NCBI GenBank assembly: GCA_963827235.1
Contig: CAWHAE010000020.1
Span: forward strand, 32,001 to 96,000
Direction of reading: 5' to 3'
DNA from: an uncultured bacterium
GTDB lineage: Bacteria > Chloroflexota > UBA5177 > JANWHV01
DNA length: 64,000 nucleotides
Shown here: positions 20,166 through 30,367 of the stretch, piece after piece
Layout of the letters: each line of letters starts with the position of its first letter
Position numbering within the stretch: position 1 is the first letter of the stretch
Translations under genes and position numbers: made by a program
The notes under the pieces: model-generated
Databases searched by the model: none
The model's input: the letters and a program-made list of their open reading frames with translations, nothing else
What the model was told of the DNA's origin: nothing

Positions 20166-21148
20166 ACCGGCGTCGATATCGCGTTGATGTCGACGTCGCG
20201 ACACGTCGCCACTTGCGCCGAATCGTCGATGCGCTTGATCAGGCCGGACAATACGTTCCCGGGACCGATCTCCAGAAAAGTCCGCCCGCCGAGGTTCCTC
20301 ATCTCGAGCACGGAACGCGTCCACTGCACCGGTTTGCAGAGCTGCTCTCCAAGCTCGCGCTTCACGTCGGCAGCAGACTGCAGCACCTGCCCCGTGATGT
20401 TTGCCACGATGGGGATGTGCGGCTCGCGCAAATTGATACCAGCCAGTTTCTCGGACAACTGGGCGGCCGCCTGCTGCATGAGCGGCGAGTGAGAGGCGAT
20501 ACTGATTTTCAGCCTGGCTACCCTGCGTGCGCCCTCCTGCCGTGCCAGCTCCATGGCGCGCATCAGCGCACCGACTTCGCCCGAGATCACGGTCTGTAGC
20601 GGGCTGTTCATGTTGGCAAGCACGATCTCGCCCAGCTCCCGCGCGCGATGCACGACCGACTCCAGGGTCACCATGTCCAGCCCGATCACCGCTGCCATGC
20701 CACCCGGAGCCTTCACGCTGGACTCCTCCATCAGCCGCCCGCGCTCTCGAACGAGCTCAAGCGCGTCGGGGAAGTCCAGGACGTCGGCGGCGACCAGGGC
20801 CGAATACTCGCCCATGCTGTGACCGGCCACAAAGGCAGGATTCAGCCTGCGCCCGAGCTTGGCCGCGCGCTCGCGCAATGCCGCGAGGTAGGCGATGCTG
20901 ACTGTCAGTACGCTCGGCTGCTGGTTGAACGTGCGCTCCAGATCCTCCTCGGGCCCCTCGAAGCAGAGCTTACTGATCGACGTGTTGAGCACATCATCCG
21001 CCTGGTCGAATATGGCGCGCGCGGCCGCCGACTCTTCGTATAGCTCACGGCCCATACCGACGAATTGGGAGCCTTGTCCAGGAAACACGAACACGGCCCG
21101 ATCGTCGTCCCGGCGAGAGCCGCTTGGGCGCAAGCTAGGCGTCATCAT
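20162..21148 (-). CDS. fabD: Malonyl-CoA:ACP transacylase
   Basis: FPGQGSQ, GHSMGEY, N.NSP.Q.VISG, ASHS, EIGPG motifs. Confidence 0.95.
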   Translation of the reverse strand: MMTPSLRPSGSRRDDDRAVFVFPGQGSQFVGMGRELYEESAAARAIFDQADDVLNTSISKLCFEGPEEDLERTFNQQPSVLTVSIAYLAALRERAAKLGRRLNPAFVAGHSMGEYSALVAADVLDFPDALELVRERGRLMEESSVKAPGGMAAVIGLDMVTLESVVHRARELGEIVLANMNSPLQTVISGEVGALMRAMELARQEGARRVARLKISIASHSPLMQQAAAQLSEKLAGINLREPHIPIVANITGQVLQSAADVKRELGEQLCKPVQWTRSVLEMRNLGGRTFLEIGPGNVLSGLIKRIDDSAQVATCRDVDINAISTPV

Positions 21149-21900
21149 GCGGTCACAAACCCTCCATCTACATTGAGCACCTGGCCAGTGATGTAGCGAG
21201 ACGCGTCGGACGCCAGGAACACCACCACCTCGGCAACATCCTCGGGCGTGCCGAAGCGGCCGGCAGGTATGGCATCGAGAACGCGCGCCTTGAGCTCTGC
21301 CGGCAGACCCACGTTGATGTCAGTCGCTATATAGCCCGGTGCAACGGCGTTGACTGTGATTCCTCGATTGGCTACCTCGCGCGCCACCGCGCGCGTGAAG
21401 CCTATCATCCCGGCCTTGGCCGCCGCGTAGTTCGCTTGGCCCGGATTGCCAACCAGCCCTATGACCGAGGATATGTTGATCACGCGGCCCCAGCGCGCCT
21501 TGATCATTGCGCGCATAGCCGCTTTCGTGCACATGAATGCACTGCGCAGGTTCGTGTCGAGCACCCGGTCCCAATCGTCGTCGGACAGCCGCACCAGCAG
21601 GGCGTCGTGCGTTATGCCCGCGTTGTTGACCAGGATCTCCACGGGACCGAGTGCCTCTTGTGCCTGGCGGAACAAGGAATCCACGTCTTCCCGCTTTGCA
21701 ACATCGGCCCCAACGGCAACGGCATGACCGCCGGCAGCGCGCACAGTAGCCACGACCTCTTCGGCGGCCTCGGCTTGCGCCCGGTAATTCACGCAGACCG
21801 CACAACCGGCCGCGCCAAGCGCAATCGCGGTCGCACGTCCAATACCTCGAGAGCCACCCGTCACCACGGCTACACGCCGTGAACTCGCCGTATCCGTCAT
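21145..21900 (-). CDS. fabG: 3-oxoacyl-ACP reductase
   Basis: TGGSRGIG, NNAGIT, GNPGQANYAAAKAG (YxxxK), YITGQVLNVDGG. Confidence 0.95.
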   Translation of the reverse strand: MTDTASSRRVAVVTGGSRGIGRATAIALGAAGCAVCVNYRAQAEAAEEVVATVRAAGGHAVAVGADVAKREDVDSLFRQAQEALGPVEILVNNAGITHDALLVRLSDDDWDRVLDTNLRSAFMCTKAAMRAMIKARWGRVINISSVIGLVGNPGQANYAAAKAGMIGFTRAVAREVANRGITVNAVAPGYIATDINVGLPAELKARVLDAIPAGRFGTPEDVAEVVVFLASDASRYITGQVLNVDGGFVTA

Positions 21901-22221
21901 CGTGCGCTCACTGGCCCTTCAGAACCAACCTGAAGTATCCCACGCTTTGCGCCACTCGACAATGTAGCGCGGCACGAGCATCCAGTGCAGCGGTCCGGAG
22001 AACCGCGTCGCGCCCCGACTTGCCCGGGCCCCGTTCCCTGCATGGACACCGGTGGAAGGCTTCGTCGTACAGTCTACCGCGGATACTGCCAGGGCAGAAG
22101 CGCCCTCAGGTACCGGCGCGGTACGCATCGCGCGCGAGCAGTGACCTGCCCCAGCAAGGCGGAGTTCGACCGTGAGCACGTGCTGCGGGCCGCGATGGCG
22201 TAACTCCGAGCGTCGTGAGAT

Positions 22222-22896
22222 CTAGCGTTCAGATGCCGGATCGTCCCCGGCCAGAATCCGGTAGAGCTGCTTACGCGTGGACGTCAGCAGATCGCGCGCG
22301 GTAGCGATCTGAGCCGGTGTACCGGCGTGCGCAACCTGCCGGACTGCGACACCGACCTGCATCACCAGATCGTGCAGTGCAATGACGCCGCCGTCGACGT
22401 GCCCCGTCACGGCGTCGCGGGCAGCGATCAGCTCGGCGCGGCGCTCCTCAACGTATGCTCGACCGGTATCGGTCAGGTGGAACACCCTGCGCCCGTCCGT
22501 TTGCTCCGCGCGCACCAGCCCCTCGTCTTCGAGTTGCTGAAGGGCCGGGTAGACGGAACCGGCGCTCGGCCGCCAAACCCCGCCGCTGTTCTCCGCGATG
22601 TCCTGAATGACCTGGTAGCCGTGCATCGGTTTCTCCGCCAGCAGCAACAGCGTGGCAGCGCGAACGTCACCGCGACCTACCCGTGGGCCGCCCCTGCCGC
22701 CGAAGTGCCGATGCCTGCCGAAGCCTTCCGGTCCGCCAAAGTGGAAGCCCATGCCGCGCGGCGGCACACCGGGTGGCATCTCATCGGGTGGGAAGGGCGG
22801 CTCGACTTCCGGGCCGCGGCCATGCCGCTCGAAATGATGCATCCGCTCCCTGATATGCCTGTGTCCAAACCCGTGCATTGTCTCGTCGCTTTCCAT
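22222..22896 (-). CDS. PadR family transcriptional regulator with His/Gly/Pro-rich N-terminus
   Basis: 'RGDVRAA.LLLLAEKPMHGYQVIQ.I...SGG.WRPSAGSVYPALQQLEDEGLV'. Confidence 0.9.
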   Translation of the reverse strand: MESDETMHGFGHRHIRERMHHFERHGRGPEVEPPFPPDEMPPGVPPRGMGFHFGGPEGFGRHRHFGGRGGPRVGRGDVRAATLLLLAEKPMHGYQVIQDIAENSGGVWRPSAGSVYPALQQLEDEGLVRAEQTDGRRVFHLTDTGRAYVEERRAELIAARDAVTGHVDGGVIALHDLVMQVGVAVRQVAHAGTPAQIATARDLLTSTRKQLYRILAGDDPASER

Positions 22897-22930
22897 TACC
22901 TTACTCCTCAATCGAGCACTATGTATTATC

Positions 22931-22970
22931 TCGATATATCTATGATATGCCTAGACCGCTCAAGTGTCAA
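22931..22970 (-). promoter_or_regulatory. Consensus-like sigma70 promoter of padR with a palindromic operator at the start site
   Basis: Minus strand TTGACA (22970-22965)-N17-TATCAT (22947-22942). GATATATC palindrome at 22933-22940. Confidence 0.75.
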
Positions 22971-23262
22971 GTGCCCTCGGCGCGTTGTCCTCAGGCCGCT
23001 ACTGAAGATCGGACACTTTGTGCCGATAGTGTTCTCTAGCAGGCATTCGCCTCGCTCGGGTCGACAGAGGCTCCTTTTCCCGCGATGCCTTTCGCCACGC
23101 GGTGGGGCTGGCGATCGGTTCGAGGGTGGGCGCGCCAGGCCGGCACCTGGGCGCCCACCCTGTCGGATAGCGCCGGGCCGGACCGCCGACCGGCGGGCAG
23201 TGCGACCGCTGGCGAAGCGGCCGGTGAGCAGAGGCCACGCCGTGAAACCGCGGCACGTTGGC

Positions 23263-24474
23263 CTAGCGTTGCCTGGTGGCAGTAGCGTGCGGGCGGCGCG
23301 TGGATGACCTTGTGGGTTGTCGAGTAGCGGTCGGGCTATTCGACGGCGCAGGCGTGCTGGTGGCCGTGGCGGTCGCCGTAGCCGTGGGGATAGGTGTAAA
23401 CGTGAGCGTCGGTGCCAGATATGGGGTCGGGAGCACAGCGCCTGGAGCCATGGCCACGACCGTGAACGGGAACGACTGCCCGACGAGATCTCCCGCCATG
23501 TCGGAGAGCTGCCAATCCGTATTGATCACCTGGCCCGTGTTGAGCGCCGGTAGGAACAAGGGAATGCTTATCGATCCGCCGGGCCCGACATCGGGCACGT
23601 TGTACGCGGTGGGCAGTTTGAGTGCCAGGTAGGCGTCACCCGCGGTCAGGCGCAGACTGAAGCGGCCGTTCCAGGTAGTCGTGCCGGTGTTCCTGATCTT
23701 CAGCGTGGCGATCGCCGGCTCGCCGGCATGCACGAAGACCGTCTCGCCTTCGGCCGGCGCTACGTCGCTTCTGACCCCCGCGGCTATCTGCTGCCTCAGC
23801 CTGGGCAGCAGCTCGTACACATTTATGCCCGGGCACTCCGTGAAGTTGAAGTCACGGTGCCCGCCGATCTCTGGATAGACTGCCCCGTCCTCCGCGAACG
23901 AGGATCCCGGATCGATGCCGTATCGGTTCGATAGCATAGTGAGCAGTCGCCGAAGCGATTCCAGCATGGCTTTCGATGGCTTGGAGACGGAGTAATCGCC
24001 CATCAGTGCGATGCCGATAGACCCATAGTTGAAGTGCTGGGTGTGCGCGCCTACCACGTTGTCGCCTCCGGCACGGCCTTCGTACACATTGCCCTGCGGA
24101 TCGATCAGGTAGTTGTAGCCGATGTCGCCCCAGCCCAGGCTGAACGTGTGATACGCCCAAATGGTGGTCATGTCGCCCAACGGACCGTTCGCGCCGCCCT
24201 CGGCCGCGGTGTGGTGAATGATCACGTGGAATGGCCGCTGGAACATGGGAACCCACCGCGGGCTGCTCTCGCCGTCGCCCGATCCCCACTGATCCCGCGT
24301 TATCACGCGAATCCCGCCAACGTCGAGCGTGCCGGCTAGCCGTGCCGGCCCGCCATGCACGATCGCCGGGACTGGGCAGCATGCGGCGAGCACTGCGACC
24401 ATGAGGAGGAACACGCGGACGAAACAGCGGCGGCCAGGCGCTCCGGCGGCGGGCATCGGCTGCGGGCTGGTCAT
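23263..24474 (-). CDS. N-acetylmuramoyl-L-alanine amidase (Amidase_2/PGRP-like) with NBR1-like Ig domain and PT tail
   Basis: 'IIHHTA', 'WGDIGYNYLID..G.VYEGR', 'GAHT', 'GHRD..TECPG' zinc ligands. 'IRNTGTTTW...DVGPG...WQL' Ig-like domain. Start uncertain (24474 or 24519). Confidence 0.88.
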   Translation of the reverse strand: MTSPQPMPAAGAPGRRCFVRVFLLMVAVLAACCPVPAIVHGGPARLAGTLDVGGIRVITRDQWGSGDGESSPRWVPMFQRPFHVIIHHTAAEGGANGPLGDMTTIWAYHTFSLGWGDIGYNYLIDPQGNVYEGRAGGDNVVGAHTQHFNYGSIGIALMGDYSVSKPSKAMLESLRRLLTMLSNRYGIDPGSSFAEDGAVYPEIGGHRDFNFTECPGINVYELLPRLRQQIAAGVRSDVAPAEGETVFVHAGEPAIATLKIRNTGTTTWNGRFSLRLTAGDAYLALKLPTAYNVPDVGPGGSISIPLFLPALNTGQVINTDWQLSDMAGDLVGQSFPFTVVAMAPGAVLPTPYLAPTLTFTPIPTATATATATSTPAPSNSPTATRQPTRSSTRRPHATATRQR

Positions 24475-24754
24475 GGCGCGGACGATGCCTTCGTGCTTGC
24501 CGATCGTCGCCTGCGCCAAAGCGCTTCACCAAACCCATAGGCCTCGTCGCCCACTTGCCCGGCGGAGCGTACTCTCGCCGCGGCAGAGGAACTGCAAGGC
24601 ATAATCAGGAGCGCACGCTCGATTGCCTGCGCGTGCATGCAGTATAAACCTTCCCCGGTTCCGCTGGCCGTGTTCGCCAGGATGTGCCATGATGGGGCCG
24701 ATTGGGTTGTCGCCTTGGCGCAACCGCGAACGGAGTTCACAGCTGGAATGTGCA

Positions 24755-26239
24755 ATGGCAGGAAACATCACGCCCGAGTGGGTGCGGCACGCCGTGTTCT
24801 ATCAGATTTTCCCCGATCGCTTCGCCAGGAGTGCCAGGCTGGCTAAGCCGGCCAATCTGGAGCCGTGGGACGAGGAGCCCACCATGTACGGCTACAAGGG
24901 CGGGGATCTGTACGGCGTGGTCGAGAAGCTCGATTACATCCAGGATCTTGGCGTTACAGCGCTCTACTTCAATCCTATCTTCCAGTCGGCTTCAAATCAC
25001 CGCTATCACACGCACGACTACTATAGGGTCGATCCGCTGCTGGGCGGGGATGCGGCTTTCGAAGCGCTCTTGCGGGAGTGCAAGCGCCGCGGTATACGGG
25101 TCATGCTCGACGGCGTTTTCAATCACGCCAGCCGGGGATTCTTCCGCTTCAACGACGTGTTGGAGAGTGGCGCGGCGTCACCTTGGTTGGACTGGTTCAT
25201 TGTGCACGGCCATCCCGCCAACGCCTACGACTCCGGCAGGGTACCAGGTTACGTGGCATGGGCCGGGATGCACGCCCTGCCGAAACTGAATACCGACAAT
25301 CCAGCCGTGCGGGAATACATCATGCAGGTGGCAGAGTACTGGCTGCGACGCGGCATCGACGGCTGGCGCCTGGACGTGCCCCTGGAGATCACTTCACCAG
25401 GTTTCTGGCAGGAGTTCAGACAGAGGATCAAGGGCATCAACCCAGAGGCGTATATCGTGGCCGAGATCTGGCAGCGTGCTCCCGAGCACCTGCGTGGAGA
25501 CACGTTCGACGCCACCATGAACTACCCATTTGCCGAGGCCGTGATTGCCTTCACGGCGGGGGCGCGCGTGCAGCCCGAGATGGTCGGGCGGCGAGGATAC
25601 CGGCCCTACCCGCCGCTCACCGGCGTTGAGTATGGCCGGCAGGTCGACGCGCTGTTGGCGCTGTACCCCTGGACCGTGGAGCTCGCGCAGTACAACCTGC
25701 TCGACAGCCACGATACGACTCGCTTCTTGAGCCTGGCGGGCGGTGATGTGGACAGCCTCAAGCTGGCCATGCTGCTCCTGTGTACGTACCCCGGCGCGCC
25801 CTCCATCTACTATGGCGACGAGATCGGCCTGGCAGGCGGTCCCACCGATCCCCTTGCGCGCCGGGCCTTCCCGTGGGATCGTCCGCGGACCTGGAACCAT
25901 GCTCTGCTGCAATACACGAAGGACGTGATCGGTCTTCGCCGGCGGCACGTGGCCCTTCGCACGGGCGCGTACCACTCGCTGGCGGCAGACGAGACCACTT
26001 ACGCTTTCGCGCGTGTGCCGGAGTCGGGCACGGCGCCGGATCAGATGCCGATCGTTGTGGCGGTCAACGCCGGCGAGTCGCCGCAGACAATCACGCTCGC
26101 GCTAGGCTCACTCCCCGTGCCATCCGCCACTCCGCGCGTGATATTTGGCGCGGGCGAGGTCAAGTCCAGTGCCGGGCCGGCCGCGATGGTGGGGATCTCG
26201 GCTCGCAGTGCGGTCGTGATCGAGATGGTGCCGGCATAG
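24755..26239 (+). CDS. GH13 alpha-glucanase (neopullulanase/cyclomaltodextrinase-like, lacking the N-terminal domain)
   Basis: 'PEWVRHAVFYQIFPDRF' and conserved regions DGVFNH, GWRLDV, EIW, LDSHD, YYGDEIG. Confidence 0.92.
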   Translation: MAGNITPEWVRHAVFYQIFPDRFARSARLAKPANLEPWDEEPTMYGYKGGDLYGVVEKLDYIQDLGVTALYFNPIFQSASNHRYHTHDYYRVDPLLGGDAAFEALLRECKRRGIRVMLDGVFNHASRGFFRFNDVLESGAASPWLDWFIVHGHPANAYDSGRVPGYVAWAGMHALPKLNTDNPAVREYIMQVAEYWLRRGIDGWRLDVPLEITSPGFWQEFRQRIKGINPEAYIVAEIWQRAPEHLRGDTFDATMNYPFAEAVIAFTAGARVQPEMVGRRGYRPYPPLTGVEYGRQVDALLALYPWTVELAQYNLLDSHDTTRFLSLAGGDVDSLKLAMLLLCTYPGAPSIYYGDEIGLAGGPTDPLARRAFPWDRPRTWNHALLQYTKDVIGLRRRHVALRTGAYHSLAADETTYAFARVPESGTAPDQMPIVVAVNAGESPQTITLALGSLPVPSATPRVIFGAGEVKSSAGPAAMVGISARSAVVIEMVPA

Positions 26240-26446
26240 CGGTATCGCGCCGCTCTCTCCGCGCAAAGCAGTGCCGGCTTTGCCGGCATGTTGCAGCCGG
26301 CCCCGGTTCGGCCACGGGGATGAACGCGGGGCCGTCACCGTCCACACGAGACGACCGGGCAGTGCCTGCCGCAAGCAAGGAGAAGCAGCTGACGACGCAT
26401 GGCGACGCTCGCTGTCCGCCCTGGCCGGCCCGCGCGTTGCGGGTTG

Positions 26447-29400
26447 CTACGGCTCGGCGCGCGGCGCGGCGTGAGCCGACCCGAGGGCGATTGCCTGCTC
26501 CAGCGCGAGCCTGCTTCCTTCGCGGCGAGCCCTGGCATAGCCGCCATCGCCCAGGGCAGCCAGGGATGCTTCTGCGGCGCGCGCCAGCCCCGTCCATTCT
26601 GAGCCCACGGCGGGTATTTCCAGGGCGTGACATTGCTCGGTTACCACGCCGCACAGCCGGGCTACTCGTTCCATCTGGCCCAGGGCGCTCAATGCCTCGG
26701 CCGAGACCACCAGGGATACGAGGACGTTCCGCGTGTCGCCGCTCTGGAAAAATAGCTCGGCGCTTCGGCCCATGAGGTCGAGCGAGCGAGCGTACTGTCC
26801 GCTGCGAAAGGCGACGTCGCCGAGGTTGTTCAAGGCATGCGCCAACTCACTCGCCGCGCCGGCCTGTCTTGCATACTCCGCGCTGAGCTCCAGCGTCTGC
26901 GTAGCCCGGTCCATGTCACCGAGCTCTCTCAGCGCCGCGCCCATGTTTGATAGCGTCATGGCGAGAGACACTACCTCGCCCGAGGCGAGAAAGACCTCGC
27001 GGGCGTCGCAATACATCTCGACGGCTCGGCGATACTCGGCACGGAAATAGGCGACGTTGCCCAGATTGCAGAGCATGGCGGCGATCCTGCGCTGGTTCCC
27101 CAGCTGCCTGTAAAGAACAAGCGCTTCCGAGTAGCGTTCGCTTGCCGAATCCAAGTCTTCCTTATCACTGGCGATCATACCCAGCACGTTCAGCGCGTCC
27201 GCCATTCCCTCGAGACCGCCCAGCGTCTTGCACAGGGCAAGACCCCGCTTCGCGCGCCGCGCCGCATGGCTGTAGTTGTTGAGCCCATACGCGAGCACGG
27301 CGCTGTCGACCAGGGCGCCGGCCCGTATTGCCGGGGCTACCTCGGCGCTTACCGCATGTTCCAGAAGAGCGTCGAGCCATTCCAGCCCTTCGCGCCCATA
27401 GCCGCGCACGTCCCAGAAACGGCGCAGTGCGCATGCAAGCCTCAAGCCGCTTTCGAGATTCCTGCGGTCGACGGACCAGCGCAGGGCTGACCGGCAGTTA
27501 TCGTGCTCACTCTCTAGCCGGTTCATCCAAGCGTCGCGCTCCGGCCCGCCCCAGAGCGCCGGCTGCGCGCTCTCCGCCAGCTCGACGCACCAGGCCAGAT
27601 GGCGATCCCTGACCTGCCGCACCTCGGCGGCAGCCTGCAGAGCCTCGGCAGCGTACTGGCGAACCGGTTCCAGTAACGCGTAGCGCGTCTCTCCACCGTA
27701 GCCATGCATCTGCACCAGCGACTTACCCACCAGGCTGCTCACTGCCTCGACGAAGTCATCGCGATAGGGCGCCGCCGGACGCTCCTCGTGAACGGAGGAG
27801 CCGCCGAGCTCGCAGACCTTCTGGGAGGCATCGATGGTCCAGCCGCCGGAGAAGGCCGCGAGCCGGCGCAACACGGCACGCTCGCGGTCACTGAGCAGCG
27901 CGTAGCTCCAATCGATCGTGGCGCGCAGGGTGCGCTGACGCGGAAGTGTCACACGGGGGCCGCCAGCCAGCACGCCGAGACAGTCGTCCAGCCGGGCCGC
28001 CAGTGTTTGCAGCGGCAGCGTGCTCACGCGCGCCGCCGCCAGCTCGATGGCCAGAGGTATGCCGTCGAGCCGCCGGCATATCTGAGCCACGACGGGAGTC
28101 ACCGCCGGGGACGACATGTCTAGCGTCGATACGGAGCGAGCTCGATCCACGAAGAGCGCTACTGCGTCGTAGCTTGTCAGAGCGTTGACCGGGGCGGCAG
28201 GGGACGGTACGGCTAGCGAGGCGACGTGGTGGAGGACCTCGCCGGGCACACCTAACCGCTCTCGAGAGGTGGCCAGGATACGCAGGCGAGAGGCTGCTGA
28301 CAGAAGAGCCGCCGCCAACGAAGCGCAGGCAGTCGACAGGTGCTCGCAGTTGTCGACAAGCAACAGGAGGCTGCGAGGGGCCAGGAATGCGGCGAGCGTG
28401 GCGGACATAGCACGTCCCCTTTCCTCCTGGACCCCCAGAGCGGTCGCTATGGCGCGAGCGACCCTGACGCTGCTGTCGCCGCCGGCGGGCGTGGCGTCTA
28501 GTGGTATGAGCCATACTCCATCGGGATAGGCGTCGACGAGCGAATCGGCCACCTGAACTGCCAGGCGCGTCTTGCCACAGCCACCTGCCCCGGTCAGCGT
28601 GACGAGCCTGGCACGCGATAGAAGCTGAAGCACGTCCTCCCGGTCACGAGTTCTTCCTACGAAGCTGGTAAGAGGCAGGATTAGGTTCGTGCGCCGCGCA
28701 GGCGCTGTTGCCGGTGGCTGCTGGCCCGCCGCGGTCGGCGCCACCTGCTGGGTGAGCACCTGAGCGCGCAGCGCTGCCAGGTCGGCCGACGGCGCTACGC
28801 CGAGATCGTGGTCGAGAGCGGTGGCCAGATCGTTGTAGGCGCGAAGCGCGTCCGCTCGCCGTCCGGACGCGATCAGCAGGGTCATCAACTGGGCAGTGGC
28901 GTCTTCATGGCTCGGGTCCTGGAGCAGGGCCTGGCGCAGGCAGTGCTCCGCTTCGGTTAGTCCGCCCACCGCTCCGGAGAGAGCGGACAGATGCAGCAGC
29001 AACGCGAGTCGCAGGTCGCCCAGCATTCCGCGACGGGTAAGTGCCCATTCCTCATACGGATCGTCGGGCAGGTACTCTCCGAGATAGAGGGCCAACGCAT
29101 CACGGCACTGCTGCGGGTCATGAGCGGCCAGTGCACGGTGGGCGGCGTGCTCAAAGTCAAGTGCGTCGAGCCAGTGCGGGTCAGCCGGGGGGAGCAACCG
29201 GAGAACGTCGCCGTCCAGACTCACCACCGATCGGCTCGCCGAGCCGAGAAGCCGGCGCAGGGTGTAGAGCGCATTATGCAGGTTGTGCCGGGCTGCATCC
29301 CCGTCTGCTTCAGGCCAGAGAAGCTCTTCGGCTTGCTCGCGCGGCAGAGTGAATCCGCTCGCTCCGAGCAGCACCTTGAACAGACCGCCGGCCCTCCGAG

Positions 29401-29728
29401 CGCGCCACGAATGGGCCGGAATGAGTCGTCCTCCCGAGTGAACCGCGAACGAGCCCAATGTGCGCACGCGAAGCGCGGTCGACGTCGCCGTCTGCCCGGC
29501 GATGGGCGCTGTCAAGGTGCCGGTGCCGGCCGGGAGCCCACCTTCAAGCATCCCGGCCGGCGCGTCTACTCCGAGGTAGCGCCGCCGGACCCGGCCATCT
29601 TCGCGCCAGACGGCAAACCAATAGGGGCCGTGGCCGGGGCCTTCACCGCATCGGGCGCAGTTGGGCTTTCCGCAACGGCGGAACTGACGGCTATAGGTTA
29701 CGTGGGCGGACTGTGGAATGGTACGCAT
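26447..29728 (-). CDS. DUF6788-BTAD (SARP/AfsR-like) regulator with STAND/NB-ARC-like NTPase and TPR repeats
   Basis: N-terminal 'FRRCGKPNC.RC..GPGHGPYW..W...GR....YLG' (DUF6788), 'LRVRTLGSF', wHTH 'LWPE...A..NL..AL..LRR.L', BTAD 'DP.HE...LM......G.R..AL..Y', 'SFVGR', Walker A GAGGCGKT, LVDNCEH, LDGIPLAIELAA, C-terminal TPRs. Confidence 0.9.
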   Translation of the reverse strand: MRTIPQSAHVTYSRQFRRCGKPNCARCGEGPGHGPYWFAVWREDGRVRRRYLGVDAPAGMLEGGLPAGTGTLTAPIAGQTATSTALRVRTLGSFAVHSGGRLIPAHSWRARRAGGLFKVLLGASGFTLPREQAEELLWPEADGDAARHNLHNALYTLRRLLGSASRSVVSLDGDVLRLLPPADPHWLDALDFEHAAHRALAAHDPQQCRDALALYLGEYLPDDPYEEWALTRRGMLGDLRLALLLHLSALSGAVGGLTEAEHCLRQALLQDPSHEDATAQLMTLLIASGRRADALRAYNDLATALDHDLGVAPSADLAALRAQVLTQQVAPTAAGQQPPATAPARRTNLILPLTSFVGRTRDREDVLQLLSRARLVTLTGAGGCGKTRLAVQVADSLVDAYPDGVWLIPLDATPAGGDSSVRVARAIATALGVQEERGRAMSATLAAFLAPRSLLLLVDNCEHLSTACASLAAALLSAASRLRILATSRERLGVPGEVLHHVASLAVPSPAAPVNALTSYDAVALFVDRARSVSTLDMSSPAVTPVVAQICRRLDGIPLAIELAAARVSTLPLQTLAARLDDCLGVLAGGPRVTLPRQRTLRATIDWSYALLSDRERAVLRRLAAFSGGWTIDASQKVCELGGSSVHEERPAAPYRDDFVEAVSSLVGKSLVQMHGYGGETRYALLEPVRQYAAEALQAAAEVRQVRDRHLAWCVELAESAQPALWGGPERDAWMNRLESEHDNCRSALRWSVDRRNLESGLRLACALRRFWDVRGYGREGLEWLDALLEHAVSAEVAPAIRAGALVDSAVLAYGLNNYSHAARRAKRGLALCKTLGGLEGMADALNVLGMIASDKEDLDSASERYSEALVLYRQLGNQRRIAAMLCNLGNVAYFRAEYRRAVEMYCDAREVFLASGEVVSLAMTLSNMGAALRELGDMDRATQTLELSAEYARQAGAASELAHALNNLGDVAFRSGQYARSLDLMGRSAELFFQSGDTRNVLVSLVVSAEALSALGQMERVARLCGVVTEQCHALEIPAVGSEWTGLARAAEASLAALGDGGYARARREGSRLALEQAIALGSAHAAPRAEP

Positions 29729-29984
29729 ACGCGCTACTTACGCTGCTGTCAAGACCTCGAGAGCGTGTGTCGCTAGCCTGCTTGGACGCGCGCCGCGGCG
29801 CGCCGCGTGTCTCTTGCCACCGTGCCGGCCCCGGCATGTCCACGCGTTGCCAAAGACGCCAAGTCGGTTCCACAAGATAAACACGTTCTACCAGAGTGTA
29901 TACATCAAACCTGGTCGTTATTGAGGTGCGAGACGCTGTGTTTACGCTGGGAACGTTAGGCACGAGCAGAGAGGAGGGGCGGAT

Positions 29985-30215
29985 ATCACTCGTTATTGCT
30001 CGTTCCTTCTGCGAGTCTGGAGCGGTCCCGGGCCCAATTGCCGGCAATGGGCAGCCAGGCTGCAATGTCTCAATGGTGACCTGGAGCAGCACAGATTCGA
30101 CGACGTAGAACAGTTGCTGGACTACCTGCGCAAGGAGGTAGGGGAGCGAGTAACGGAGAGCGATTACGGCAGGCTCACTGCTCCATCGCCAGGTGATGAT
30201 CCCGGGTCCCGGTAG
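29985..30215 (+). CDS. Small hypothetical protein of the 'SFLLRVW...W...L....F...E.L..YL' type (not in ORF track; apparent ATC start)
   Basis: Translates ITRYCSFLLRVWSGPGPNCRQWAARLQCLNGDLEQHRFDDVEQLLDYLRKEVGERVTESDYGRLTAPSPGDDPGSR*. AGGAGG at 29972-29977 lies 7 nt before ATC 29985. In-frame TGA at 29922, with no ATG/GTG/TTG in between. Confidence 0.6.
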   Translation: MTRYCSFLLRVWSGPGPNCRQWAARLQCLNGDLEQHRFDDVEQLLDYLRKEVGERVTESDYGRLTAPSPGDDPGSR

Positions 30216-30367
30216 GCTGCTAGGTGCTCGTGCCCTGTGAAAGGGAAAGCGCTGGAAGGAGGAGCCGGTCTGCAGGATGTGCACGACGGAGGCGAGCGCC
30301 GTGAGGCGCTAGTACACGCCGGAGAATCCCCGGCTGGAATCTGCGAATGACGAAGGGGCGCTGAGGA

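Noticed and set aside
29870-29965. Possible SARP-type direct repeats (ACGCTG twice at 11 bp; TAAACA/TATACA) upstream of the small ORF
   Set aside because: Too short and irregular to distinguish from chance by eye.
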